64,000 nt of DNA from NCBI GenBank assembly GCA_038212075.1, contig JBBQUV010000001.1, forward strand, positions 99,200-163,199, given 5' to 3'. The DNA comes from Minisyncoccia bacterium (GTDB lineage: Bacteria; Patescibacteriota; Minisyncoccia; Phycocordibacterales; Phycocordibacteraceae). A program made the position numbers and the translations under genes. The stretch's first letter is position 1; each line of letters opens with the position of its first letter. Positions 47,959 to 57,990 of this stretch are shown in pieces. The notes under the pieces are model-generated. The model searched no databases. It saw only the letters and a program-made list of their open reading frames with translations, and was not told the origin of the DNA.

Positions 47959-48820
47959 ATACGGTTGTTTCGGACAAACTGTTAATTTCCGAGAGTATAG
48001 CGCCAATTCGTTCCGGTGTAACGCCAAACTTTCGCAAGACAGTTCGGTGCTCAAGAAGCATTGCTGAAGTTACAATTCCCTGGTCTACCAGAAGGCGTTT
48101 TTCAGACCGTTTTAGATTTGTAAGCGTCGTGACGGGATAAATACCAGCGCTGATAATACGATCGTATAAATTGCCCTCATCGGGGAAACTCCAGCCAAGA
48201 AGTTCTAGGCCGGCGCACATAGAATATTCAATGGCCTGACTCGTGAATTTAGTATTTGTAATAAGCATTCCGCGTCCAATAGGACAATTGCGTACGCGCG
48301 GATCGCAATGCCAAATATCTTCAAACCGCGCTTTCACATAGAGTGCTGTTTTTACATCCGTTTTATAAAACGCATCGTTGTGGTATTTCAGTTCTGCGGC
48401 AAGCGTCTCTTTTCCGCGTGTCGCGTACACATCTACTTCGTGGGTAACACACTTTCCTTGTATAATCTTGCGCCACTCCACATTCCACCCTTCGGCTTTA
48501 AACAGTTGCGCAACAAAATCTTCAAACGGATGTCCTGAAGGACCGAACTCAAGAAGCGCACGACGGAGAGCATAGCGTGCGGCAACCGAACGTGCTTCGC
48601 GGCGCAACATGGCAAATGCTTTGCGATAAATTTCTTGAGATCGCACCTCGCTCCCCATGGCGGCCGTAATGGTGTGCGTAATGCGTTCTGCGGTATGTAT
48701 GCCTGCGCCAGCATGACGCAGTGACGCAATCAATTTTTCTCCATCAAATCGTTCAATCGAACCGTCGGTTTTAACGATGGATGCGGCACTTTTTGAACGT
48801 ACAGTGAATCCTTGTGGCAT
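47948..48820 (-). CDS. ATP-cone plus restriction-endonuclease-like (Mrr-type) protein
   Basis: IVKTDGSIERFDGEKLIASL ATP cone; FEDFVAQLF, EVDV, ELK, LITNTKFT. Confidence 0.82.
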   Translation of the reverse strand: MPQGFTVRSKSAASIVKTDGSIERFDGEKLIASLRHAGAGIHTAERITHTITAAMGSEVRSQEIYRKAFAMLRREARSVAARYALRRALLEFGPSGHPFEDFVAQLFKAEGWNVEWRKIIQGKCVTHEVDVYATRGKETLAAELKYHNDAFYKTDVKTALYVKARFEDIWHCDPRVRNCPIGRGMLITNTKFTSQAIEYSMCAGLELLGWSFPDEGNLYDRIISAGIYPVTTLTNLKRSEKRLLVDQGIVTSAMLLEHRTVLRKFGVTPERIGAILSEINSLSETTVYDA

Positions 48821-48822
48821 AG

Positions 48823-49227
48823 CTAAGGAGTCGTCGTTGCGAATGCGCCATTCGTGTAAAGCATGACAGGAGCGTTTGCGGGCGCAGACACTGAAAGAGT
48901 GAAGGTGTGCGGTGTAAGAAGCTGTAAACACATTCCTTCATCCACCGGCGCCGCAAGGTCTACACGAATCGTGGGCGTACTTGTACTGTCAACAAGTGAG
49001 CTGGTAGCTGAAAGTGCCGTACAGGCCGTCGGCACACTCGCCGTCACCCGCACAGTATGAACACCTTTCGAGTATTTATTGGTGAGCTGTATCTCCGTAA
49101 TGGCCGCGTTACCCGAATCAAGCATTGGTGTTTCTGGAGCGGTGCTCTCCGTAATATGAAACACGAAGACTCCAAACGCAATGATTACGACCACTAAAAA
49201 GATTCCTGTCGCCATCCACTTCTTCAT
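48823..49227 (-). CDS. Membrane-anchored hypothetical protein
   Basis: N-terminal TM, VPTAC..CLQ Cys pair. Confidence 0.7.
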   Translation of the reverse strand: MKKWMATGIFLVVVIIAFGVFVFHITESTAPETPMLDSGNAAITEIQLTNKYSKGVHTVRVTASVPTACTALSATSSLVDSTSTPTIRVDLAAPVDEGMCLQLLTPHTFTLSVSAPANAPVMLYTNGAFATTTP

Positions 49228-49241
49228 ACGCCTATTCTACC

Positions 49242-50276
49242 TCACTCCTCTATCACTGCACCACCAACCAACGTTTCGCCTCGATAAAACACCACGGATT
49301 GCCCAGGGGCACACTGTTCGGAAAGTGGTTTTATAGGCGTGAATGTATGGGAGGACGTGTCCAGTATTCCCTCTACTAATGGACCATGGTACCGAGTCTG
49401 AGCAGATACAGCACCTTCTGTAGACGTAAACCAATGTAGGTTTGAAAAACGGATAGAGTTATGTATCTTTCCTGACCGGAATGGAGTGTTTGCGACCATC
49501 AGTGTATTTTTTTGAATATCTTTTTTCATTACATACCACGGGCCGGGCGGTGCGCCTTGTATATTGGCTCGCTCGCCAAGGGTGTAGCTTATGGCACCTT
49601 CGTGCGTGCCCATTTCTGATCCTGTTTCGTCATAGGCATTACCACGAGTGAGTCCAATTTCTGAGCGCAGGAAGTCTTCTATGGAAACAGCGCCAAGAAA
49701 ACAGATGCCTTGGCTGTCTCGCTTCTGTGCAACCGGTAGTGCGTATCGAGCCGCTAGCGCACGTACATCGGTTTTATGGAGATTTCCAAGAGGAAAAAGA
49801 AGCGACGGAAGCGTCTCTTTTGATATCGCCCATAAAAAATAGCTCTGATCTTTTGCCGTATCGATACCTCGCAATAATGCACCGTCAACTACTCGCGCGT
49901 AATGCCCCGTCGCTACAAAATCTGCACCGTGTTTTTTAGCAAACGTATAAAATGCACCAAACTTAACATCACGATTGCAAAAAATATCAGGGTTCGGCGT
50001 TCTTCCCACAGCATATTCGCGCACCAAGTAATCAATGACACTTTTTTTGTATTCAACCGATGCATCAAGTGTGACAAAAGGAATATGTAGTTTCGCCGCA
50101 ACGCGCATAGCGTCACGACGATCCTCAGCCCACGTACAGGGCAACTCGGGCGGATACCACCCCTTTATGAAAACACCGGTTACCTCCGCTCCCTCAGCCT
50201 GAAGCAGTGCGGCGGTGACCGCAGAATCTACGCCGCCAGAAAGCCCAACAAACACTTTTTTAACTTTCACGTTCAT
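49242..50276 (-). CDS. mnmA: tRNA 2-thiouridine(34) synthase
   Basis: SGGVDS, TPNPDIFCN, ATGHYA, KDQSYFL, DSQGICF, PGQSVVFY. Confidence 0.97.
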   Translation of the reverse strand: MNVKVKKVFVGLSGGVDSAVTAALLQAEGAEVTGVFIKGWYPPELPCTWAEDRRDAMRVAAKLHIPFVTLDASVEYKKSVIDYLVREYAVGRTPNPDIFCNRDVKFGAFYTFAKKHGADFVATGHYARVVDGALLRGIDTAKDQSYFLWAISKETLPSLLFPLGNLHKTDVRALAARYALPVAQKRDSQGICFLGAVSIEDFLRSEIGLTRGNAYDETGSEMGTHEGAISYTLGERANIQGAPPGPWYVMKKDIQKNTLMVANTPFRSGKIHNSIRFSNLHWFTSTEGAVSAQTRYHGPLVEGILDTSSHTFTPIKPLSEQCAPGQSVVFYRGETLVGGAVIEE

Positions 50277-50316
50277 ACCGTGACCATACCACTTGTGGCT
50301 GACGGTGCCAAAAGTA

Positions 50317-51324
50317 CTAGTCTAGGTACTTCGCACGGTTTATTTTGTGCTCAGCAAAGGTTTTTGCGTAATGCATTAGTCCATCTTGACCCGTTAGGTA
50401 ATAGAGCGCGTCGGTTTTTATAGGTGTAACCGCGGCATAGATAGAGTTCGCGCTTGGGTTTCCAATGGGACCGGGCGGAAGCCCTTTGTGCGTGTAGGTG
50501 TTATAGCTTGAATCTGTTTTTAGTTCACTAAATCTTGGACTGTACGTATCCCGGTCGTTAATGTATCCGAACACCGCATCTACTTGAAGCGGCATGCCGA
50601 GGCTAATGCGGTTCCATAAAATACCCGCAACCATTTGCTTCTCACTTACCGAGCGTGCTTCTTTTTCAAGAAGCGAGGCCATAATTAAGTCGTCTTGGAG
50701 CGGTTTATTAAACGCCGTGACTACGGAAGCAAGGTCTGCTTCATGCGTTTTAAAATTGTCATACATTTTTGCCACTACTTCGTCCGAAGTAGTATCAGGA
50801 TAAAAGAAATACGTATCGGGGTAGAGATATCCTTCCAGAGGAACGGCTTGTGCAAGGAAGGCATTGGTATTGAAATCAGGAAATGCCGCAGTCAGCTGAC
50901 GCGCCATATCACGCACGGTCGCACCTTCTCTGAAAGTAATACGCGTTGCGGTAATGCCAAATACACCACCTTCTACCCGCGATTCTATTCCAAATAACCC
51001 CGCAGGGCTTGCAAACACGTATCTACCTGCTTTTGCACTGCCACCCCGAAGTCGTCCGAGTACGGTAAACAGAAAAGGTGAGCGAATCACATGTTGCTCG
51101 GCAAGGCGTGCTCCAATACTAGTGAAACTTGAACCTTCGGTGACGTTTATAATTTTACCAACAGGAAAGTCTGACGGTGGCGCAAGAAAAATATACCAAC
51201 CAGAAAGCACGAGTACAGCAACCGCAAGTATCGCTGAAAGATATTCAGTTTTTAACCGCGACACGTTCATTTCTATAACGGCAAATGTTGTTTTTGCCAT
51301 TTGTATAAAGAGTGAGTCGTTCAT
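50317..51324 (-). CDS. mltG: Endolytic transglycosylase MltG
   Basis: LEGYLYPDTY, MASLLEKE, NRISLGMPLQVD, YNTY..GLPPGPIGNP. Confidence 0.93.
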   Translation of the reverse strand: MNDSLFIQMAKTTFAVIEMNVSRLKTEYLSAILAVAVLVLSGWYIFLAPPSDFPVGKIINVTEGSSFTSIGARLAEQHVIRSPFLFTVLGRLRGGSAKAGRYVFASPAGLFGIESRVEGGVFGITATRITFREGATVRDMARQLTAAFPDFNTNAFLAQAVPLEGYLYPDTYFFYPDTTSDEVVAKMYDNFKTHEADLASVVTAFNKPLQDDLIMASLLEKEARSVSEKQMVAGILWNRISLGMPLQVDAVFGYINDRDTYSPRFSELKTDSSYNTYTHKGLPPGPIGNPSANSIYAAVTPIKTDALYYLTGQDGLMHYAKTFAEHKINRAKYLD

Positions 51325-52733
51325 TATGTGGGAAGGTTGGACGGTGCTTCTGTCGTTGCTGACTGAATACGGGGCAAATTTGGTGCCGCAACCGTTGATG
51401 AAGGAATGTGAAAGAGTGAGGCAATTTCTTCGTTACTCATCTGCATATACGGTCCAATATACGGGAAATGAAAATATGAACGCCGACGCGCAAATTCAAG
51501 CGCTTCCTCCATTAAGTGCTGACGACGGGTACCCTTCGGGTCTTCCCATGGAAAGTCGTTCAATTCTTCAGAGAAAAGCGTGGCAGGTTTTAGATAATTC
51601 AACTGTTCTGAAGTATAGGGTCGGAATATTTGCGTAACAAATGCGCCAATATAATCGCGGTAGTGCCCTTCTTTTGCAAAGTAAATGGAACGAATGCCAA
51701 CATCCCACCCAGGCTTTGCGACATTGCGCTCAATGGCGGCCATTGTTTCGCTGTCACCCTTGCTTGGGTTTGGAAAGCCGTCAGATTCTCGTTTTTCGTG
51801 AGTAACGGGGTCGGTAAAGATTGTTTTTTTAACGGTACTTTCTTTAATTTTTTTAATTTCTTCTTTTGCTTCATCACGCCACGTGTATCGCTTGCCGTCC
51901 TTGTACACACTTTCATACCCGTGTTTTTCACCTTTCGTATAGCGAATCATAATGTGAATCCACAATTGTTCGTTTGGACCCAGTGACCCCAAAAACTCAA
52001 TCACTTGCGCCATGGGATCAGTTACCTCTTCCGGTTCCGGTGCTGGTTGTTTATCCATCAAATAATCCACGTACGTTTTAATAGGGTACGGACTTGGTTT
52101 ATCTTTTTTATATTCGCAGGCAAACATTTGGTACGGTGGCTGTGTCGGGTCAACAAGACGCGTATAGTCCACCGCCTCCACTACTTCAATGCCAGGATAT
52201 TGTGCATAGAAATACGTTTCAACAATATGCCGCATTGGTGCACGCACCCATACATATAAATGCACGCGTCCACCAAGCGACACCATTTCAAGCGAATACC
52301 ATACGCGTGTGCGGCCAAGCCACCAGCGCTTGTACCACGTCCCTTGTCCCGGGGCGATGTGAATGTTGGACAGAATTACTTCCATGGAAAGCGGGGATTT
52401 CAATGTTTCTCGAGGGATACGCAATTCAAGAAGTACGTTGCGTTGCGCCACGTTAAAACCATACTGTCGCGAATCTACCCACCGCACCCATGCATTTTTA
52501 CCAAGAAGAAAAGTAAGCCATACCGGTGAAAGGAGCATCACCATTTGAAAGTTGTACAGCGCTTGTTGCGGGTACAAAACAACAAAAATGACGTTCACTA
52601 CCGCAAACGGTATGGAAATCGCATTAAACGGGATTTTAAGTCCATTTTCTTCGTGGAGTTTGTGCCGGATGCCGTCAACAAATGAAAACAACGGCAAACT
52701 AAGTCCACCTCCTTTTCCGCCAGTACCTGACAT
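51324..52733 (-). CDS. Conserved-looking hypothetical membrane protein
   Basis: Two N-terminal TMs, LLELRIP, YSLEMVS, YAQYP..DYT, PIKTY, EEIASLFHIP. Confidence 0.75.
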   Translation of the reverse strand: MSGTGGKGGGLSLPLFSFVDGIRHKLHEENGLKIPFNAISIPFAVVNVIFVVLYPQQALYNFQMVMLLSPVWLTFLLGKNAWVRWVDSRQYGFNVAQRNVLLELRIPRETLKSPLSMEVILSNIHIAPGQGTWYKRWWLGRTRVWYSLEMVSLGGRVHLYVWVRAPMRHIVETYFYAQYPGIEVVEAVDYTRLVDPTQPPYQMFACEYKKDKPSPYPIKTYVDYLMDKQPAPEPEEVTDPMAQVIEFLGSLGPNEQLWIHIMIRYTKGEKHGYESVYKDGKRYTWRDEAKEEIKKIKESTVKKTIFTDPVTHEKRESDGFPNPSKGDSETMAAIERNVAKPGWDVGIRSIYFAKEGHYRDYIGAFVTQIFRPYTSEQLNYLKPATLFSEELNDFPWEDPKGTRRQHLMEEALEFARRRSYFHFPYIGPYMQMSNEEIASLFHIPSSTVAAPNLPRIQSATTEAPSNLPT

Positions 52734-52752
52734 TGCAAAAAGTATACCACCC

Positions 52753-52794
52753 ACAAAACAAATACCGAGGCATATGCCTCGGTATTTGTTTTGT
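52753..52794. repeat. Perfect 42-bp palindrome (terminator or operator)
   Basis: ACAAAACAAATACCGAGGCATATGCCTCGGTATTTGTTTTGT. Confidence 0.85.
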
Positions 52795-52809
52795 TCTTTG
52801 CGGCCTTGG

Positions 52810-53880
52810 TTAGACCGCGGCGTACTTGCCTTCTTTGGTGCGTTTAAAGTAACGCGTGTCGTTAAGATTCACCAAGATAGTGTTGTCTTTTACGTAGCGA
52901 ACCTTCTTTACTTCTTCCATGACGCGTTCGCGCGTAAGAGCACCTTGTGCTTTTAGAATGTCGCGAATAACATCACGCACCACTCCTGGTTGGTAGCCCC
53001 ATTCTGCAAGCGCATAGAGGCCACGACCAACAAGTACGAAACGAGGATCTTTGATCAATTCGTTGTGTGTCGTTGCAACATGTGCCTTCTTTGCAAACAT
53101 AGTGCTGATGGTTTTTGCAACATCAGAGAAGTGCATTGGCTTACCGTGTTGCTTGATAACGAGAAACGCGTAGTCGCGGATTCCTTTTGTTCGAATGGTT
53201 GGACTTGCGGCACGACCCCATTCTGAAAGAGGATTCGATGCGATGGTCTTTGAAAGGGAGAGCCAACGCTTCATTATTTCTTCGTTTTTGTAGGCATCGT
53301 TTACACCCTTAAGTTCATCAAGGAAACGGTCAAGAAGTTCGCCTTCCGGAAGCACGTCGCTGTCTTCAAGTGACGCATAGAGTGAAGAGAGTGCTTCATG
53401 CACTTTTTCTGCAGTCGTTGCATCAACATGCCATCGAGCATAGAAATCATCGGTTTCGCGTTCGCGGAAAAAGGCACTTCCTACAACGAGGAAGAAGCGG
53501 TAACGATTGCGAGTTTTTTCGTCTTTGGTAAGCCCAGCAAGAAGTTCATCTTCAGGAACGATCCCACCAAGAGACTCAATGTGGGAACGGAGTGTTTCAA
53601 AAACGGGCTCTGCGTCTTTAAATGATTTACTTGCACGAACAGCGTCAAGACCAGCGCCTTCAATCTGACGAACGCGCTCGCGAGTAATACCCCAACCCTC
53701 GCCGATTTCCTCAAGCGTCTGACGGTCTGCCGATGTACCAAGGCCAAAACGGAAGGTAAGAACCTCGCGGGCACGGTCAGGAACTTCAGAAAGAAGTTTT
53801 TTAGTAAGGGCGGTTGTGTCCATAGAAAACGCCGCGGGAGTAGTTTTTTTCTTTGAAGGGGTGGTTCCGGTTTTTGCCAT
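52810..53880 (-). CDS. Sigma70 region-4-like HTH plus HARE-HTH-like protein
   Basis: RFGLG..TLEEIG..ITRERVRQIE; GKPMHFSDVA..HNELIKDPRFVLVGRGLYALAEW; no sigma region 2. Confidence 0.8.
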   Translation of the reverse strand: MAKTGTTPSKKKTTPAAFSMDTTALTKKLLSEVPDRAREVLTFRFGLGTSADRQTLEEIGEGWGITRERVRQIEGAGLDAVRASKSFKDAEPVFETLRSHIESLGGIVPEDELLAGLTKDEKTRNRYRFFLVVGSAFFRERETDDFYARWHVDATTAEKVHEALSSLYASLEDSDVLPEGELLDRFLDELKGVNDAYKNEEIMKRWLSLSKTIASNPLSEWGRAASPTIRTKGIRDYAFLVIKQHGKPMHFSDVAKTISTMFAKKAHVATTHNELIKDPRFVLVGRGLYALAEWGYQPGVVRDVIRDILKAQGALTRERVMEEVKKVRYVKDNTILVNLNDTRYFKRTKEGKYAAV

Positions 53881-53923
53881 AAATGAAATGTGTTGTTATT
53901 TATACCAAATAGACCTATTTTAG

Positions 53924-56350
53924 TCAATCCACCACTATATTGATGATTTTACTGCGTACATAGACTACGCGTTTTGGTGTCTTACCTGCTATTGCCGTTA
54001 GTACCGTAGGTAGCTGGAGCGCCATGGCCACCACGTTAACCTCTTCCATGTCCGGAGCAATGCTGATATCGCCACGACGTTTACCGTTCACTTGCACGGG
54101 TACGGTTACCGTATCTGTCTCAAGCAACCGAGGGTCATACACTGGGCGTGTGGACGAGTGAATACTCCCCTCTCCGCCCGTTTTGTCCCAGAGTTCTTCA
54201 GCAAGGTGCGGCGCAAACGGGGCAAGCATTTTCAGTACATCCTGATAGGCGGTGTTTGGTACAGAAGTGAGGCCTTCCATGTCTCGCACAAGAACCATGA
54301 GCGCCGAAAGTGCGGTATTGAATTTAAATCGTTCGCTATCGCCAGCGCTTTTTGCTTCCGCTTTTGCGAGCATACGTAGTACCTCTTGCGATACTTCAGT
54401 GTCGGCACTCTTTTCCATAAGAGCAACCACTCGTTCCAAAAACCGACGCATCGCAGAGACGCCATCCAAATTCCATGGATAGTGCCCCGCTTCGTTGTAG
54501 GGACCAATAAAGGCAAGATACATACGTACGGCGTCGGTGCCAAATTCCTTCACTACGTCATCTGGGTTCACGACATTGCCCCATCGCTTGCTCATCTTTT
54601 GCCCATCGGTACCAAGAATAATGCCTCGATTGAAACGTTCATTAAATGGCTCCGATGTTGGGACGAGAGCCATGTCGTAAAGCGCTTTATGGAAGAAGCG
54701 CGCGTACAAAAGATGCATGGTGGTGTGTTCGCTCCCACCCGAATAACGATTCACCGGAAGCCATTTTTTCAGCATGGCTTGGTCAGAAAAATCGTGGTTG
54801 TCCTTTGGGTCAAGGTAGCGCAAGAAGTACCACGAAGAGTCTACGAACGTATCAAGAGTGTCGTATTCCGGTGTCCATCCTTCGCCAAAAATGCGTATCA
54901 CCCGTTCGTGAAGTTCTTTTGACGATGCAAGGGGAGCTTTGCCAGTGGGAGTGAAGTCTACATCTGTTGGGAGCGTCCACGGCAAATGCTCAGGTGGCAC
55001 CAAATGCGGCATACCTTCAGGGTCATAGACCACAGGAATCGGGCATCCCCAGTAACGCTGGCGCGAGACAAGCCAGTCGCGAATGCGGTAATTGGTGACT
55101 GCGACACCGCCTGCTTTTGCCACAATGTCCGCCATCGCCTCACGATTATTGCGTCCCGAAAATTCTCCAGAAGCAACGAGGGTTCCGTCACCCGTGAAGC
55201 ACTCTTCTTCATTTTTTGATGCAACAACCTGTAGGTGTGGGAGTGCATGTTTTTTTGCAAACACAAAATCACGTTCGTCGTGTGCAGGTACGGCCATCAC
55301 CGCGCCCGTACCATACGAACCAAGCACGTAGTCGGCAACATATAGGGGAATCTTTTCACCGCTTACTGGATTTACCGCCATCACCCCTTCAAGGCGCACG
55401 CCGGTTTTTTCTTTATTTTCTGAACGTTCTCGCTCGGTTTTCCGCTTGGTCATTTCAATATACGCCGCCACGTCCGGTTCGTTCTCAAGCACTTCAAGAA
55501 GTTCATTCAACAGCTTGTGTTCCGGAGCAAGCACCACATAGGTAACGCCATAAAGCGTGTCGGGGCGGGTAGTGAAGACTTCAATAGACACATCTGGAAT
55601 TGCCGCCACATCTTCAGAGGAAGCTTCGGCCGAAGGAACGACCTTGAATGAAAGTTTTGCGCCTTCCGACTTTCCTATCCATGCACGCTGAGCATCTTTG
55701 ATGTCTTCACGCCACGGAAGCGCATCTAAGTCAGTAAGGAGACGTTCCGCGTAGTCGGTTATTTTCATAAACCACTGCGTCAGGCGTTTCTCCACCACTT
55801 CTGTACCGCAACGTTCGCATTTGCCGTCCACCACCTGTTCATTTGCAAGTACGGTTTGATCTTTCGGGCACCATTTGACCGGTGCTTCACGACGCTCCAC
55901 AAGCTTGTGTTCAAACAGTTTCGCAAAAAGCCACTGCGTCCACTTGTAGTACTCCGGATCGCTCGTCACTACTTCTTTACTCCAGTCCAAAGACGTTCCC
56001 ATCGTACGAATTTGCGCACGCATGCGATCCATATTTTGATAGGTCCACTCTTTTGGGTCAGCGCCATTTTTCATAGCGGCGTTTTCAGCCGGAAGTCCAA
56101 ATGAGTCAAACCCAATAGGGAAAAGCACGTTCTTTCCCTTCATGCGCAGATATCGCGCATAGATATCGGTTACGGCGAAGGCATACCAGTGACCAATATG
56201 AAGATCGCCGGATGGATACGGAAATTCAAATAACAGGTAATACGGCTCTTTCTCAGTATTGGTGAGATCCGTGGTGTACAAGTCGAGTGCCGCCCATTTT
56301 TCTTGAGCGCGCTTTTCTATTTCCTGATGATCGTATCGTGGCATGGGCAC
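53924..56350 (-). CDS. leuS: Leucine--tRNA ligase
   Basis: FPYPSGDLHIGH, FTTRPDT, DWLVSRQRYWG, KMSKR. Confidence 0.97.
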   Translation of the reverse strand: MPMPRYDHQEIEKRAQEKWAALDLYTTDLTNTEKEPYYLLFEFPYPSGDLHIGHWYAFAVTDIYARYLRMKGKNVLFPIGFDSFGLPAENAAMKNGADPKEWTYQNMDRMRAQIRTMGTSLDWSKEVVTSDPEYYKWTQWLFAKLFEHKLVERREAPVKWCPKDQTVLANEQVVDGKCERCGTEVVEKRLTQWFMKITDYAERLLTDLDALPWREDIKDAQRAWIGKSEGAKLSFKVVPSAEASSEDVAAIPDVSIEVFTTRPDTLYGVTYVVLAPEHKLLNELLEVLENEPDVAAYIEMTKRKTERERSENKEKTGVRLEGVMAVNPVSGEKIPLYVADYVLGSYGTGAVMAVPAHDERDFVFAKKHALPHLQVVASKNEEECFTGDGTLVASGEFSGRNNREAMADIVAKAGGVAVTNYRIRDWLVSRQRYWGCPIPVVYDPEGMPHLVPPEHLPWTLPTDVDFTPTGKAPLASSKELHERVIRIFGEGWTPEYDTLDTFVDSSWYFLRYLDPKDNHDFSDQAMLKKWLPVNRYSGGSEHTTMHLLYARFFHKALYDMALVPTSEPFNERFNRGIILGTDGQKMSKRWGNVVNPDDVVKEFGTDAVRMYLAFIGPYNEAGHYPWNLDGVSAMRRFLERVVALMEKSADTEVSQEVLRMLAKAEAKSAGDSERFKFNTALSALMVLVRDMEGLTSVPNTAYQDVLKMLAPFAPHLAEELWDKTGGEGSIHSSTRPVYDPRLLETDTVTVPVQVNGKRRGDISIAPDMEEVNVVAMALQLPTVLTAIAGKTPKRVVYVRSKIINIVVD

Positions 56351-56353
56351 TCG

Positions 56354-57352
56354 TTAGGTACGGGGGACCATGTACTTATTACGGATTGAGATGGAGAGAT
56401 ACCCTACTGCCATCATGCCGAGTCCCGCAATAACGAGAGCAGTGGGCCACCCAAGCCCGCTTGAGAAATACTCTGATGTTATTTTGATGATGTAACCCAT
56501 GAGAAAGAGGGTCCCAAATACCAAAAGCGCGCGGCTCTTGAGGTAGGTGCTTGCGAAAAGCGTACCGAACGCAAGAAGCGGAAACACGAGCTCCCAGAAC
56601 ACATTTTGGCTTGGATCCCAACCTCCAAGAGCAAGCGCGGCGCCAAGGAAACCAAGAATACCGAACCCATACAGAAAGCCTGAAAGTGAAGATTCGTCTC
56701 GGCTTGAAAAGTGATATCCAAGCGCAAGATATGCCATGCCGCTTGCAAGTATCCGGTACTCGTAAAACTCAGTACCATCCCAAAGTGGAGCTGATCCTAC
56801 AAGATAGCTCGTGAACGAAAAGAAAAGCCAAGTACCATATACAACTGCAAAGAACGAGAATATCCCGTTACGCAAAAGATACGCAGAAGCTAGGTAGCCG
56901 AGCAGTAGCACAGCAGCCATCACTGACTGAACGCCCATCCCTCCTACGTCGACTCCAGCGTTATCAAGTACAACAAAGAACCCGACTGGGAACAGGAGCG
57001 CCGCTATCAGATGGAAAGCAGTGCCAATTGATTCTGTGCGCTCTTCGCGAATTAAAAGTAGCCCAACAATATACGCCGCGATCGCCGCGCCAAGTGTTGC
57101 GAGGAGCTTCGTCGCAAAGGTGAGCGTCGTCCAATTCTGAGCAAGTAATATAGCGATACCGAGGAGCACGATACCGCCGCCAATAAAATACAGGACTTCT
57201 GTAATCCCTACTTTATGCCCAGTAACTGATAAATCGACTGTAGGCATTGGTCCCGAACCGACTTCATATGCCGCAATAAGCTCACTACGGGTTACTGTGC
57301 CCGATTGCCCGAGCGACTGTATGTACGCCAATGCTTCTTGTTTTGTAGACAT
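56354..57352 (-). CDS. Polytopic membrane protein (DUF2157-like)
   Basis: LYFIGGGIVLLGI..AQNW pattern and about ten TMs; alternative start 57370. Confidence 0.72.
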   Translation of the reverse strand: MSTKQEALAYIQSLGQSGTVTRSELIAAYEVGSGPMPTVDLSVTGHKVGITEVLYFIGGGIVLLGIAILLAQNWTTLTFATKLLATLGAAIAAYIVGLLLIREERTESIGTAFHLIAALLFPVGFFVVLDNAGVDVGGMGVQSVMAAVLLLGYLASAYLLRNGIFSFFAVVYGTWLFFSFTSYLVGSAPLWDGTEFYEYRILASGMAYLALGYHFSSRDESSLSGFLYGFGILGFLGAALALGGWDPSQNVFWELVFPLLAFGTLFASTYLKSRALLVFGTLFLMGYIIKITSEYFSSGLGWPTALVIAGLGMMAVGYLSISIRNKYMVPRT

Positions 57353-57354
57353 GA

Positions 57355-57885
57355 TTAGTTGATTATCCATCCGAGAAATTGGAAGTCATTCGAAAACCGT
57401 TCAAAGGCCGTACCCTGCTCGATACCCAGCTTGTAACTTGCACCGTGTCCTACAAGGTAATGTGTCCTGTAGTCCTCACTTGCTAAAACAAAGAACGGAG
57501 CGAAGCCGTCACTCTGAGTTCCATTTTTTAGTTGAAATCCGTCTGGAGAAGTGACCGACGAGTCAAGCGTGAGCTTTTGCGCGTCTTCAAAGGAGATTTC
57601 ACTTCTCGTGTTGGTACTCACATTATATGTGTAAAAATGCGCAATCTGATTATTCGGCGGTCCATAAGGCTTCTGCTCAGCATCGGGCTTAATCTTCAAA
57701 AGACGGCCTTTATCGACTGAGTATTGGTCGCCGTAGTAATACTGGGATCCGGTCATATAGAGAAAGTTGGTTACGGGAGCCGGAGCAAAAAGTGCGGGAA
57801 GATAGATGCTTGCTGCCACGAGAAGCACCATAACGACGGGAATGGCGAGCCCAGCGATAAGCGGAGCATTTTTACGTATATTCAT
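57355..57885 (-). CDS. Membrane-anchored hypothetical protein
   Basis: N-terminal TM, NFLY, SPDGF, FLGWI. Confidence 0.72.
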   Translation of the reverse strand: MNIRKNAPLIAGLAIPVVMVLLVAASIYLPALFAPAPVTNFLYMTGSQYYYGDQYSVDKGRLLKIKPDAEQKPYGPPNNQIAHFYTYNVSTNTRSEISFEDAQKLTLDSSVTSPDGFQLKNGTQSDGFAPFFVLASEDYRTHYLVGHGASYKLGIEQGTAFERFSNDFQFLGWIIN

Positions 57886-57936
57886 GCGACCATAGTACAC
57901 CATATTTCTCGGTAGATATAAGTGGCTCATGAATAG

Positions 57937-57970
57937 AAAAAAGCCCGCAGAAACTCACTGGCGGGCTTTT
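57937..57970 (-). terminator. Intrinsic terminator
   Basis: AAAAGCCCGC..GCGGGCTTTT with U-tracts on both strands. Confidence 0.75.
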
Positions 57971-57990
57971 CATGTTGCGTTCTGCAGCAT
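57970..57990 (-). other. Six-codon micro-ORF MLQNAT with SD
   Basis: AAGGAG 6 nt before ATG; stop abuts the terminator. Confidence 0.3.

Noticed and set aside
52810-53880. Bona fide sigma factor
   Set aside because: Only a region-4 motif; region 2 is absent
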